NCBI GenBank assembly: GCA_002633005.1
Contig: NMRA01000001.1
Span: 2,897,695-2,961,694 of the forward strand
Origin: Phoronis australis
Taxonomy: Eukaryota; Animalia; Phoronida
Direction of reading: 5' to 3'
DNA length: 64,000 nucleotides
Shown here: piece by piece, positions 25,101 to 35,621 of the stretch
How positions within the stretch are numbered: the stretch's first letter is position 1
Layout of the letters: the number at the start of each line of letters is the position of its first letter
Notes under the pieces: model-generated
Told to the model about the DNA's origin: nothing
Databases searched by the model: none
Seen by the model: only the letters and a program-made list of their open reading frames with translations
Made by a program: the position numbers and the translations under genes

Positions 25101-26449
25101 TGTGTACCTTTTACTAAAAAAACAGGTACGTTGGTAGCTGTGAATTGTGCAGTGAATTGTGCATTCGCCGAATCTTTTAGTGGGCTCTTGTCTCGTTCTC
25201 TTCTTTTTCGAACTTTTTGTTTCTCTGAGGGGAATATTTTTGCCCACTTCGCCAAATGGGCTGCTCGCATACCAAAAGACTTGCATGAACGGGGCTATAG
25301 TAGTCGTGAATGTCGTACTTGTAAACATGTTTGTTGGTCAACATCAGCTATTTAAATTTACGCCGCGTTATTATTCAAGAAATCAAAAATGGACTGGAAA
25401 TATACTATATGAAAGTTGGAATTTAGTTTATAGTTCCTTGTATTAATCCGTTTACCCTAATCCCACCTTTTGTCGTTCCATAAGTATGATCAGCTTTTGG
25501 TCCGTAATAACCGTAAGAGGACTTTCTTCTTGACCAGTTGATGTCGTCTGTGGTGTCTTGTACGAATCGACAGAGGTCGGATGTTTCAAAGTTACACGCC
25601 AGAGTCATAAACTCTCTCCTTGGTACAAGAGGGGGCGCTGAAACGAAATTGTAATAAAATGAAGTGAATAAAGATACAAAATGAATGGGGTTATATAATT
25701 GATCATACAAGAGAATTCAACCACTTACTGCCGCAATTCGATGGTCCACTTTTCGAAGCATCGTAGCATCGTTGGAGGTCGGATGCCATGTTGTTCAGCT
25801 CTGTTCCTTTTTTCGATAGTGCGTCAGTTAAAGTATTTATCGTTTGTTGCAGCTGAGCTTTCGTCTGGTCGTGTAATTTTTGGTTAATACCCATTTGTTT
25901 AAGTAGCCTCTCCCTTTCTTTCGCAACTCTTTGGAGTTCTGCTGTCTTCGTCTCCAATGCTCTTTTAGTGCCGTTGAGGTCTGCCAGGAAATTATTAAAC
26001 TTCTCTTCAAGTCTTTTATTGTCGGCCGCCATCTTCAACATCTCATTTTCAAACCCAGACACTTTCAGTCCCAACATTTGCATATCACGTGATTGCCTTT
26101 GGACTAATAAAAGTGTGTCGGCAATAGCCTTTTCATGTCCATCTACCCTTGTGCTCGTCTCGTTCACATTTTTACCCGAAGAAATAACTTGATCTTTTAC
26201 CGTCAACAGTGCACCGAGAAGTTCAGTTTTTGTCGATTGTAAATCAGACTCAACCTGCAGGCATTTCGCTGGACAATTCCCACCTGTGCCGGATGTTGAA
26301 ACTGGGTTGCTGCACGTGCCAGCATGTCCCAGATTGACGTGATACGCGCATCTTCCGTTATTGAAGCTGCACCCGTTGCTTGGAAACGACTGGCTGTGGA
26401 CGGCAACGACGGAGAAGAACATCACACATGATGCTAGCAGGGCGACCAT
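19195..26449 (-). CDS. Secreted protein: signal peptide, Cys motif, coiled coil, MAM domain, C-type lectin domain (about 575 aa); exons 26449-25729, 25637-25467, 24897-24731, 22677-22567, 20980-20863, 20621-20427, 19439-19195
   Basis: Seven exons with canonical GT-AG and matching phases (1,1,0,0,1,1). Signal MVALLASCVMFFSVVAVHS; heptad-rich segment; MAM hallmarks CNFE..LC.F.QD..DD..W, GP..DHT.GT..G.YLFLES, ARLLSP, CLTFYY, G.QG..W, VVFEG, LDDV; CTLD hallmarks CYKF...SW..A..YC, FVW, W.PGQPNN, C, WGDVNC, FVCE. Confidence 0.9.
19638..20292. mobile_element. Interspersed repeat (~650 bp), copy 1
   Basis: Reverse-complement match to 28643-29353; contains cgcgtatcgaccgagaccgaagg flanked by short inverted arms. 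Confidence 0.75.
21405..21740. repeat. Degenerate minisatellite, unit about 37 bp (cattcacaccacattcactccatgatggtcctgaagg)
   Basis: Repeated cattcac / catgatggtcctgaagg motifs in an intron. Confidence 0.75.
22840..24245. mobile_element. Foldback-type element with long imperfect inverted arms containing nested insertions
   Basis: gaacgcggacgtgttct...tgcacacgt at the left is mirrored by acgtgtgca...agaacacgtctgcgttc at the right; internal sub-repeats (ttcgttctttc.ccgccag.tg). Confidence 0.6.
23180..23791. mobile_element. MITE with ~40-bp TIRs (cgctggttccctgcgtggc...)
   Basis: cgctggttccctgcgtggctataggggtagagaacacgc versus gcgtgttctctaccccctagcggccacgcagggaaccagcg; both ends flanked by AT; related element at 48830-49588. 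Confidence 0.8.
25053..25270. mobile_element. catgcgcac-family short repeat
   Basis: Similar to 3775-4046 and 56808-57055. Confidence 0.65.
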
Positions 26450-26914
26450 CTTGAATAGTGCTTGTCCTGAAACACTCGATTTCTTTATCATATCATAGAA
26501 GGTTCATTAATGTACACAAAGAGAAAGATGGGTGTATTTTACCTGGGTGATTATCAGAGGCACCTTCATTACAGTGTAAAGGCCAACGTTCAAATACAAG
26601 ACTACATAAACCGAGGAGGGATAGGAAAAGTAGATCACGTACTTACCTCGCCTTATCTTATCTCCGTCGCTCCTAAAGGAACACATGTCTTCAAAAACAT
26701 CGCCTAGAATATTTATTTTGCTGTTTTGTAAATCTGATTTGTGTATTGTTATAGAAGAGCAAAGTATATCTTGCCAGTTGCCTTGACTACACGTACTTGT
26801 AAGCCTGAAGCACCCAACATTATAGTTGTTTTTTGTAAGCAAATATGTTCCCAAACGTCACGGGTCGATAAATTGCTTATTGCCGCGTAAATTTTTTTTT
26901 TCTTTTCTTGATGC

Positions 26915-27270
26915 ACTATACACTTATTCACACAGTCGCCATTTTGAAAGTGAGTCTCTTTTTAGGTTTTAAAAACAAAGCATGAGGGCCCAGTTGCACA
27001 AAATTTATACGCCGTATTGCAACAATGGCGGCGCATTATTACGTGTCACGTTGTTATTGTTGAACAATGCTCCTGACGTCATGCAGCAATCAAACTTATC
27101 CAGCGGATAACTTTTGAAGCTTTACGCAACTCAGCCCTGTTCTGCGCTTAATCACAGCGCAAAGCGGGATTTTTTCGCGTGTCTCATTATATTTATGTCC
27201 TAAATTCATTGGTTTTTATCCTAAAAAGAGGCTCAATACTAAAATGGCGCCTGTGTGAATAAGGAGTATG
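26915..27270. mobile_element. MITE (tacacttattcacacag.cgccatttt TIR) with nested gggcccagttgc...gcaactcagccc element
   Basis: Inverted ends cttattcacacagtcgccatttt / aaaatggcgcctgtgtgaataag; inner inverted ends at about 26986 and 27138. Confidence 0.65.
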
Positions 27271-27885
27271 TACAAGGAGGCGCCTGAAAATTGACGAATG
27301 TAGTGTCGAGCGACCGTGCAAAAATAGCGTCATGATGAATGTACTCTCATAATGCCAGATAATTGAATTAATTGTTACGTCACCACAATCACGTGTGTTT
27401 ACTATGTGAATTCGCGTGTAATTTTAGTTTGACACGTTCCGTGTGTGTTGTTTTTCTTGCCCGGTTTACTTCAGGTTCTTTCAGTCGACGAAACGTTGGT
27501 CAAAAGAAATGGCTTGACAAGCTAGGATGTCAAATGTTCATTGCCTCTATCTGCCATGCCTCGTGGTTTGCATAGCTTTCTCAGGTATGATACACTTCAA
27601 TATATTCTCCATGCAAAATAATGCACCTAAGCATAGGCACCAGAGAATTCTTTGGAACAAGCGCCGGTATGACCACCAACACTGACTCTTGACGTCTAAT
27701 ACCCCTTTCCATATATGCTACGAATCTCATGTATCCTCGCGCACATCTGAACATTAATCAGTTTGCGGAAATTAGTGGTATTTAGTGGAAACTTGCATAA
27801 GAGTAGCTTCGGAAAGTACTAAAATATGACCGGCACAAATGTAATGTCATGAAAACGACGCCCTCTCTTGAGCAAAGCTAAAGAA

Positions 27886-28130
27886 GAGGCGGTGTGGTCC
27901 AGGGAGATAAGTGTCCACTTCCTTTACCTAAGGTCGTTGGTTCGGTTGCCCTTGGGTTAGGTCTCCTCAGCTTAAAAATGGTTCTAGGTGATCAGTGCAA
28001 TTGGGGCCCACCTGCGCAGCTTGCGCACGTCTGGTGCTACCGATAAGAGGCCGCCAGCAATTATCTTTTGTGGTGAGCAAAGGTAATAGATTACGGATGC
28101 TGAAAAAACTACCATTGCACCGTTTAAGCT
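27886..28130 (+). mobile_element. Probable tRNA-derived SINE (degenerate)
   Basis: A-box-like tggtccagggag, B-box-like ggttcggttgcc at tRNA-like spacing, followed by ctcagcttaaaaatggttc resembling conserved invertebrate SINE central domains. Confidence 0.45.
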
Positions 28131-28642
28131 GCTAAATTTGTGTAACGATAATATGCATTGGTTTTTATAGCCAGCCAGGTAGCTGTATAAAAACTTTCAT
28201 CAAAATTATATATATTTAGTATACAGCTTTGTACCAAGGCTAAAGCTTTCTGTGCCATGAAACAGAGCGTCACCTATTGGTCATTCTTTTTCGCCACTTC
28301 TGTAATTGACTGTTCTTCTTCCACAAGGTGCGTACAGCTCACAACAAATTACCGTAATCGCTTTCACTTCGCTTTAATCTTCTAAAGTATTATTACCATC
28401 AACTGAATTTCTAAGCAAATGTTACTTTGGCAAAGTGGTCTCCCGAAACTGAGAGTTGGCAAAATTGAGCATACGACTCTCGAGAATGTCACGAGCCAAA
28501 ATATTTTGAAGTCAGCGACAGACTTTCTTTTGTTACAAATGCCGGAGAATTATGCAAGAAAATGAAGTTTATTACTTGGAGAAATGGGTCTTATCCCATA
28601 CGCGTTGAATCTGTCGAGGAAAATACGGCCATGTAATAAAGA

Positions 28643-29353
28643 TTTCCGTATTCACCTCTCGCACTACTTCAACAGTTACCTCCGACATGGAAAGTTCAAA
28701 AGGTACGTCAATGTGCACTCGACGTCGTTAGCCGGTTCGAACACCAAACTTTCGGAAAATAGTTTAAAGTAATACAATTATAGCAGTTTAAATAACGCTC
28801 AACATACAATTAGGTCTCAATCGCAACATCTGGAACAGGACTGTTAATTTATTACAGTTCTGTCTCAGTTTTCATTTGCTAAAAATTTTATCGTCTGCAA
28901 CTCAGGCGCTGATTCGTCGGTAACTACAATATCAAATATTGTTGTTCTTTAACTATTTTCAGGGTATGTTACAAGTTCAATGAAAATTTACCCTTGTTTT
29001 CATCTTTGTTATCTTTTTTCAAGTAATAAATCGTCACATTTAAAACTGTTTCTTTTACAAGAGAAAAATTGCAGCCTAACGCGCAAGTACATACATATAG
29101 GATGTAATCCGCCACGTGAACAGTCTGAGTGAAGTATTTAAAAAATCTGAGGAAAAAACGAAAGAAACTTAGGAATTGGAAGCGTATGGGATAAATACAA
29201 AACGTACCTCGATTGGCGTACATGAAGTAATATCCCACTCGACATTATTCCTCGTATCGACCGAGACCGAAGGTGGATGTCGATACGCGGAATAATGTCT
29301 CTTGGGGTATTATTTCATGTACGCCGCTCTCAGTACGTTTTGTGGATATACAG
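28643..29353. mobile_element. Interspersed repeat (~700 bp), copy 2, inverted relative to 19638-20292
   Basis: Spurious ORFs 19732..19941(+) and 28969..29238(-) translate to near-identical peptides, confirming the inverted match. Confidence 0.75.
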
Positions 29354-30948
29354 TTGCTGCATTTTTTATCTGATCAACATCTACACATAACACATGATTT
29401 GTGTTGTAAATTGTTCGCAGTCTATAGATAGTTTTGTTTAAAATCGGTTTCAAGATAGCGCTGTGGAGGTCACTTGTCGATTTTTTTGCTTCACGAAGCT
29501 CTAGCTCTGCGTCCCTTAACGGATTCTTTTAATATTTGGTATTTAGATAGATTTCGTCAAGGGCTAAAGCATGTGTGTCATCTGTTTCTAATTGAGTTTG
29601 TGTGCTGTAAAAGGATATGTATATATAAATACATATACATACATATACATATTTCATTGAAAATTAAGCTGTTCTTGGCCTTAGATAGTTTGTTCAACAA
29701 AGTTTCGTATTGTCTACATAAATGTCTTTCGTCAGGTGGCAGTTGAAATAGTAGATCACCGAGTGTAAGTGGCATCACAAACACAAACGCATGAGTATCT
29801 ATAAATGAAAACACCGTTCAAAACATTTCATAGTAAAACAGTTGACATTGATAGTGTGGTCATTTTGTTATCAAGAATCGTGTGCCGAAAAGTTGTTGTG
29901 TTGCAATCGTTAATTTCTTGCTGTGTTCCTGGTTCTAAGCTTTAGGACGGTGTTTCACATCCTTCCCGCGTTACCCAAACGGCACTGACACGGAAATTTG
30001 CCTGTTAACCTGCTCAACCTACAACAAAGTAAAAAACTTTTCCAAACTGCTTGTTGAGTCGAACTGTCGGTACTCCGAAGGTCGATAATCGACGATTAAG
30101 AATATCCACGAATTTCTCCTTTTTTCTCAACCAATGCTCACTGAATGGCAACCAAGAGCGATACACCTTTCTAACTAACATCCAACTGTATTGACACTGA
30201 AAACTATAATTACCTGAGTTCAAGAAAAGGTGCCGATCTCCATTATTCATTCACCAGCTGTACGATGTCTGCAAATCACTCCACTTTGTGTGGTTACTTA
30301 AGTCAACTTTTATCTTTGAGTTACGCTCCCGAACAGCCAGTCGGTACCTCAATCACATCATGGTGCATGACTTATGGATTCCAGCGTAGGTTTGGGTGTA
30401 ACCTTAGGAACTTTCGATTCCGCCACCGTTCGCCGCTGCGAAACCACTGTTGAAACCAGTCGCCAAGTCTTACAATATCGCAACTTCACAAGCCCATCAA
30501 AGCAACAGACCAAGAGGGAATTTCCTTGACTGAACTCATGGGGGGCGTGTTTTGCTCGATGGTCACCGAATCATTTCGTCGCTCTCTCAGTCTCTTACTC
30601 ACCAATCTCCTCATGCAGTTATTTTTCCGCATGCCCCTTGATCATTCCATTTTATAATCATAGAAACACTCACACACTTTGAACAGCCTTCCTAGCCATG
30701 CCAAAATGACGTCAGGTCTAAAATTTGAATCAGGGATACCTGAGAACTGCTCACCGAGGGTGCTCGCTGTATAACGGAACTGATCACTTCACCGCTACTG
30801 AACAGATTTTGATAAAAACGTCTTTTGAGGTAACATACGGCGGCCCAAAAGTATCGCTATTTTAGTTCAATTACTTTTTTATTTTTCCTTTTTCAGCTAA
30901 GGGTGTAAATTATTTGCACCTAGGTGAAAATATATTGCGTCAATTTGA

Positions 30949-31103
30949 CAATGTCGGATTTAGAAGGGGGCCAAAGGGGCCATGGCTCCCCTACAATTCT
31001 CCCAGATTCCATTTGGCTGTTCGGGGGTGCGAATTTCTGACGTGCAAAATCCTGGCTAATACTCTGCCCTGCCCCCCAACTCAAAATCCTAGATCCGCCC
31101 CTG
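30949..31103. mobile_element. Short caggggcggatc-type MITE
   Basis: Ends caatgtcggatttag / ctagatccgcccctg; related to 61087-61216 and 63818-64000. Confidence 0.6.
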
Positions 31104-32310
31104 TCAATTGACCAGCGAAGCCTACAACGAGAGGCAAAAGCTAACTTCATGGGTAATCTGAAAGTTTCTGTGATCAAACAACAGTGCAATATTCACGTAT
31201 TGATAGCATGAAGTTGCTATCAAGCGCTAGTTTCGCCACTTACTCGCTATTTAAAAAAAATGTGAAATTGGACGGATACTAAACCGATTTTGGCCTATGA
31301 AGAGATATTAACAATAACTATCCTAAGCAGCTCTCTAAAACAAAATAGCGGTCTGTAACCCTCAAACGTTTGGAGCAAATATGAAAACTCCTTACGAAGC
31401 CTGTCAAGGCGGCAAGGGTGTTCTACGCTTTAGGGGAATGCCACAACAGCTGTGGGAACCCACCACTAGAATCACACTATCCATTACGTGACACAGTAAG
31501 TGTCTTTAGTTGAATCCTGCTTTTATCAATCTAGTGAGACGTCACTGGTGCATAATCAACAGGAGAAAAACAAGGGCCGATTGAAATCTCAAAAGCAAAG
31601 GGTGTTACGAGCATCCTTCTAATTGTCTGGTTTCATAGAGTACAATGTTAAACAATTTTTTTCACTCCACCTAGTTCGGTGCTTCAGCTCTAGCGCTCGC
31701 GAGCTCCAAATGCCCAGTTAAAAACAGTGGACTAATATCTACGGAAAAATCTTACCAAATTCGGACAAAAATAGTTGCCAGAAATGCCTTTTTTCATTTT
31801 TCAAGGGCTTCTAACCTTGTTGTGAGTGCCAAAAAGTCTTAAAAACTTTGTTTGATGGTAATTGTGGTGCAAAACCTGAACATGAAAAATCATCTAATTT
31901 GGTGCCACATATCTTTCTTGGAACAATGACGAAAAAATTTCATCTCCCCGCTATATTATGTCCTAAATTGGTGAGATTTTACCGTACGTATATAGAAACT
32001 TAAAATCATACGAGCAATCATTCTCCAACTTGAAAGTCACGTGACTTTCCCCATGACTTATAAGTCAAACGACAAATCATGTGGTTAGAATTCCATTGTC
32101 CGAACAGATATGAAACACCTCAAAGGGAAATTTGAGGCTACGAACTTGAAAGCACCCAAGGTGTTTCGGATGCTATTGCTAATCTTTGTGTGAACTCGCT
32201 GGGCCGATCTTCAAATTAACTAACAAGACAGTCCAAATATTAAGTCCATTATCTACTTACGTGTTAAAAATAAATGCACATTAAAACCATTCTAACCAAA
32301 TTGTTTTTAG

Positions 32311-35300
32311 GGTACCGTGCAGAACCTATTCACATTGTATGGTCAGAAAGAAAAGTGATTGACTCCAGAGGTAAGGCCACTTAAAAGTTGACTTACTGTC
32401 GTGAAGTTCAGTCGATAAAGGCGTCATTGGACTACCTTTTGGGTAGACTGTTGATAGCTCGTTTCACACTGTCGACTTAATTTTTAGCGAGAATGCAGTT
32501 GTGCAAGTTCTGGAGTGGAGTTTGCTAAACATTTTTCTTTGGTAAAGCCCCTACAACTTTGCTTTCGGCCCTTCAGACGTAACATTGCTAAAGCAGTACA
32601 CAAAAACAAACGGAACCGATGCTTTGGCCTCACTATACTAGTTCTCAAGACACCTGCACCCTATGAGAGATCTACCTCACAGATCCTATTAACCACCTCA
32701 CTATCGCCACCTATGATAGGTAGCGATAGTGAGGTGGTTAAAAGGATCTGTCATGAATGTTGATACGTGAGCAACAAACGCACTGTGGCTTCCAAACCTC
32801 TATATAAGATGTAACCTGTCTGCAAACTACAGGTGGACACCACTTAGCGATGGACTGAAGATATTGTCACATTCTATACTAGCATGAAAAATCATTAAGA
32901 ACGGTATATCAACAAATGAGTCGTATTGTTGTGTTGATGTTGCGACTAAGTTCAGCGTACGTAGTAGAAGTGTTGTCAATGCATAGAAAACACGTCAAAA
33001 GACACAAGAGACTGACATCTAATCTTTGTATTCGAAATCGAAATCGAACTCGAAATTACTTTTGACATTGAACGTTTACTTTATTTATCAGGCAGGACAA
33101 GCGCCTGGTTTTCTTTGCAGGAGAATGATGGATATCACTGATGGGGGTGTAGTCTAAGTTCGCACCTGGTGGCAGCTAGATCCGAGCTATAAACCAGTCA
33201 GAACTCGAAATAGTCCGTACTCGAACTTATGTCGTTAAGATTTGGGTCATCAAGCGCCAACTGGGAAAAGATAGTCATCGGCCTTGTCAAAACTGTACTC
33301 GGGCACAGAATGTACTGATCAGTTTGCACCAAATTAGAACTGAAAATACCAAAAATCATTTCCAATTCGATTTCGAGTTCCAAGATTATACCTAGGGCCC
33401 AATTGGTCTTGGGCGATTTTGTTTATGGTAGAATGCGTATTACTCAGAGATAGGTTAACCGGCGGATTTCAGATTTGGTTTCATGAGCATCTGTAGTTAT
33501 GTGGCTCATGTTATCGTTGACAGATTACGACTTGAGCGAGGAGCTCGTCGGTGAAAACTATCCTTATGCTAGACGTCGACTATTGTGGGAACGTCAATTT
33601 AGTAAGGACAACACACTCGTGCCAACTGGTGAACGATTTTCCGCCGAAGCCTTGAGAGACAAACTTTCCACATATGTCACTGCGCAAGATAGGGAAAAAC
33701 TTCGCAAACTAAACAGAGCAAAATTACAAAGCACGTTCCCTAGACTGGCTACGGTAGATCCACGCGTATCGTTTGTAGTGCCACAAAGTGCGGAGACGAC
33801 AAATCGCCGTCTAACCAAGCGATCGGTCGCCGCCTTTGCAAAGACTGGTAACAAGAGAAGGGATATCCGACGGAAAGCGCGTCAGGCCATCAGACGATTG
33901 CATAAGAGATGGGATGTGATGCTCAGCAGAGGTCGCAAACTTAACATTTACACTCTTCCTTTTCCAAAACAGCCTGTAACTCCAGCACATTTGATATATT
34001 TTACCAAACCTGACACTGGAGTGGGAAAAGATTATGAGGTTCGCTTGTTTTTACTGTTATACTAAATTTCATTGAGCTGGAATATTGCACACGGTATATT
34101 ACCGACTTGTTTTCAATGTTTCTCAAAACTGACAGAAACATTAATTTATTTATTTACTTTTTCTGTTTGGTGTACGTGTACTTTCCATCGCTTGTCGTTA
34201 TTTTGAGTCTCCGTCTCGGGGGGGCACCTGCAGGCTGCGCTTGGAGGTCGTCTAACTCCTCCACCTGGTGACTATCACGTGTTAGGTCACGTGACAGGTA
34301 ACTCGTAACCGCTGTTTAACTCTGGATTAATACTTATGATTTCGATCGATTCTTGGATTTTGCGATTTCACTCGACCACTAATGCCTTGCCAGCAGAAAC
34401 AAATAACTAAATCCTCGTTTATTTGTAGAACAGTTATTTTTTTTGGTTTGTCGACAGAGGTCGCGAACTCTTGACACCCCATAGGTGCGGTTACGGGTTT
34501 TGGCGAGATAATGAGAGTTTTATTTCTAACGGTGAACTGTTAATCGGTGTTGAGTAACATGCGTGAAGTGAACAGGGATATACGTTTTTGAAGCGTTCTG
34601 TGACAAATTCGTTTTTTACGAGAATATTTTTCATCCATGATACCTGCCGAGAATTTCATAATCTGAGCCCTGGGTAGCTGGAAGGAAAACTAGGCAGGCA
34701 GGAACAAGCCAAAACACAAACAGGGTGCTAACTTTTCGGAAACTGGTCGGCGCGCTTATGAAAACTAAAACGAACAACATCCGCGTCATAGGCAATGGAG
34801 CTACGCAAGGGCAGAAGCGAATTCTTATTTCACCTTAGGGTACCGAAGGAGAAAAACACAGGGGTCCCTTGAAAGATTTATCAAGATGGAAGAGGGGGTG
34901 AATATTCACTGAAATCGTTGGCTTGATAATTGTGGCAACCTAGGGTTGAAAGTTGTAAGGATTAGATAGCTACTCAAATTACAAGGCCCCCTCAGACTTT
35001 TTACAGCTCAGGGGCACCGGGATAATGCGCTAGGGAGACTTAAATAAACAATTCAATTGGGTCCCTCAAGAGTATTTCTAAAGGGCGTATTAGTTTTGGA
35101 AATTCCCTGTACTTTGACACATTTCCATGTTGTAGGTGATTGACATGTTGCAGGTGATTGACATGTTGCAGGTGATTGACATGTTGTAGGTGATTGACAT
35201 GTTGCAGGTGATTGACATGTTGCAGGTGATTGACATGTTGTAGGTGATTGACATGTTGTAGGTGATTGACATGTTGTAGGTGATTGACATGTTGTAGGTG

Positions 35301-35621
35301 ATTGACATGTTGTAGGTGATTGACATGTTGTAGGTGATTGACATGTCGATGGACACGGAGCGAGACCGAACCTGGTTCCCCCGACAGATCCTGTTAATGA
35401 TCACTGTCATCGTCGTCATCATCCTTTTCGTTGTGTGCGGATGTGTATGCAAAATATGGTGCTATCCCAAGGTAGCGGCAGTTTATGATAATCACTTGCA
35501 GAAAGCGAAAGATTTCGTGCAAGCCGACAGAACCACTGTTTTCGACTTCGGCGAGGGCGAAGATTCCATCTTTGGCGACCTCCAAGGCCCAAACGTGCCA
35601 CTTACGAAGGATATGGAATAA
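32311..35621 (+). CDS. Uncharacterised single-pass membrane protein with multiple basic cleavage motifs; 5'-incomplete; exons 32311-32370, 33524-34038, 35334-35621
   Basis: Exons join in frame (phase 1, then 0): ...KVIDSR|DYDLSEE...GVGKDYE|VIDMSMDTERDRTWFPRQ-ILLMITVIVVIILFVVCGCVC-KIW...; hydrophobic TM followed by juxtamembrane Cys and an acidic tail. A possible signal-peptide first exon lies at 27527-27584 but intermediate exons were not resolved. Confidence 0.65.
32679..32751. repeat. Near-perfect palindrome, 36-bp arms, 1-nt spacer, 2 mismatches
   Basis: acagatcctattaaccacctcactatcgccacctat-g-ataggtagcgatagtgaggtggttaaaaggatctgt. Confidence 0.9.
33020..33388. mobile_element. MITE-like element with tcgaaa sub-repeats in the termini
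   Basis: taatct...tcgaaatcgaaatcgaactcgaaa mirrored by ttcgatttcgagttccaagatta. Confidence 0.5.
35126..35346 (+). repeat. 18-bp minisatellite (gtgattgacatgttgYag) x11 plus partial flanks, spanning a splice acceptor
   Basis: Eleven full units 35136-35333 differing only at C/T before AG (order C,C,T,C,C,T,T,T,T,T,T). Confidence 0.95.

Noticed and set aside
28670-28705. Small exon-like segment (cag TTACCT...AAG gtacgt)
   Set aside because: Part of the interspersed repeat also present inverted at about 20228-20290.
30730-31500. Possible extra exons of the membrane-precursor gene (donors at about 30831 and 31496)
   Set aside because: Could not be joined in a consistent phase without stops; left unresolved.
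35090-35452. Minus-strand ORF with (NMSITY/C)n repeats; also considered as a CRISPR-like array
   Set aside because: Antisense reading of the 18-bp minisatellite; units are contiguous with no unique spacers, and the context is eukaryotic.
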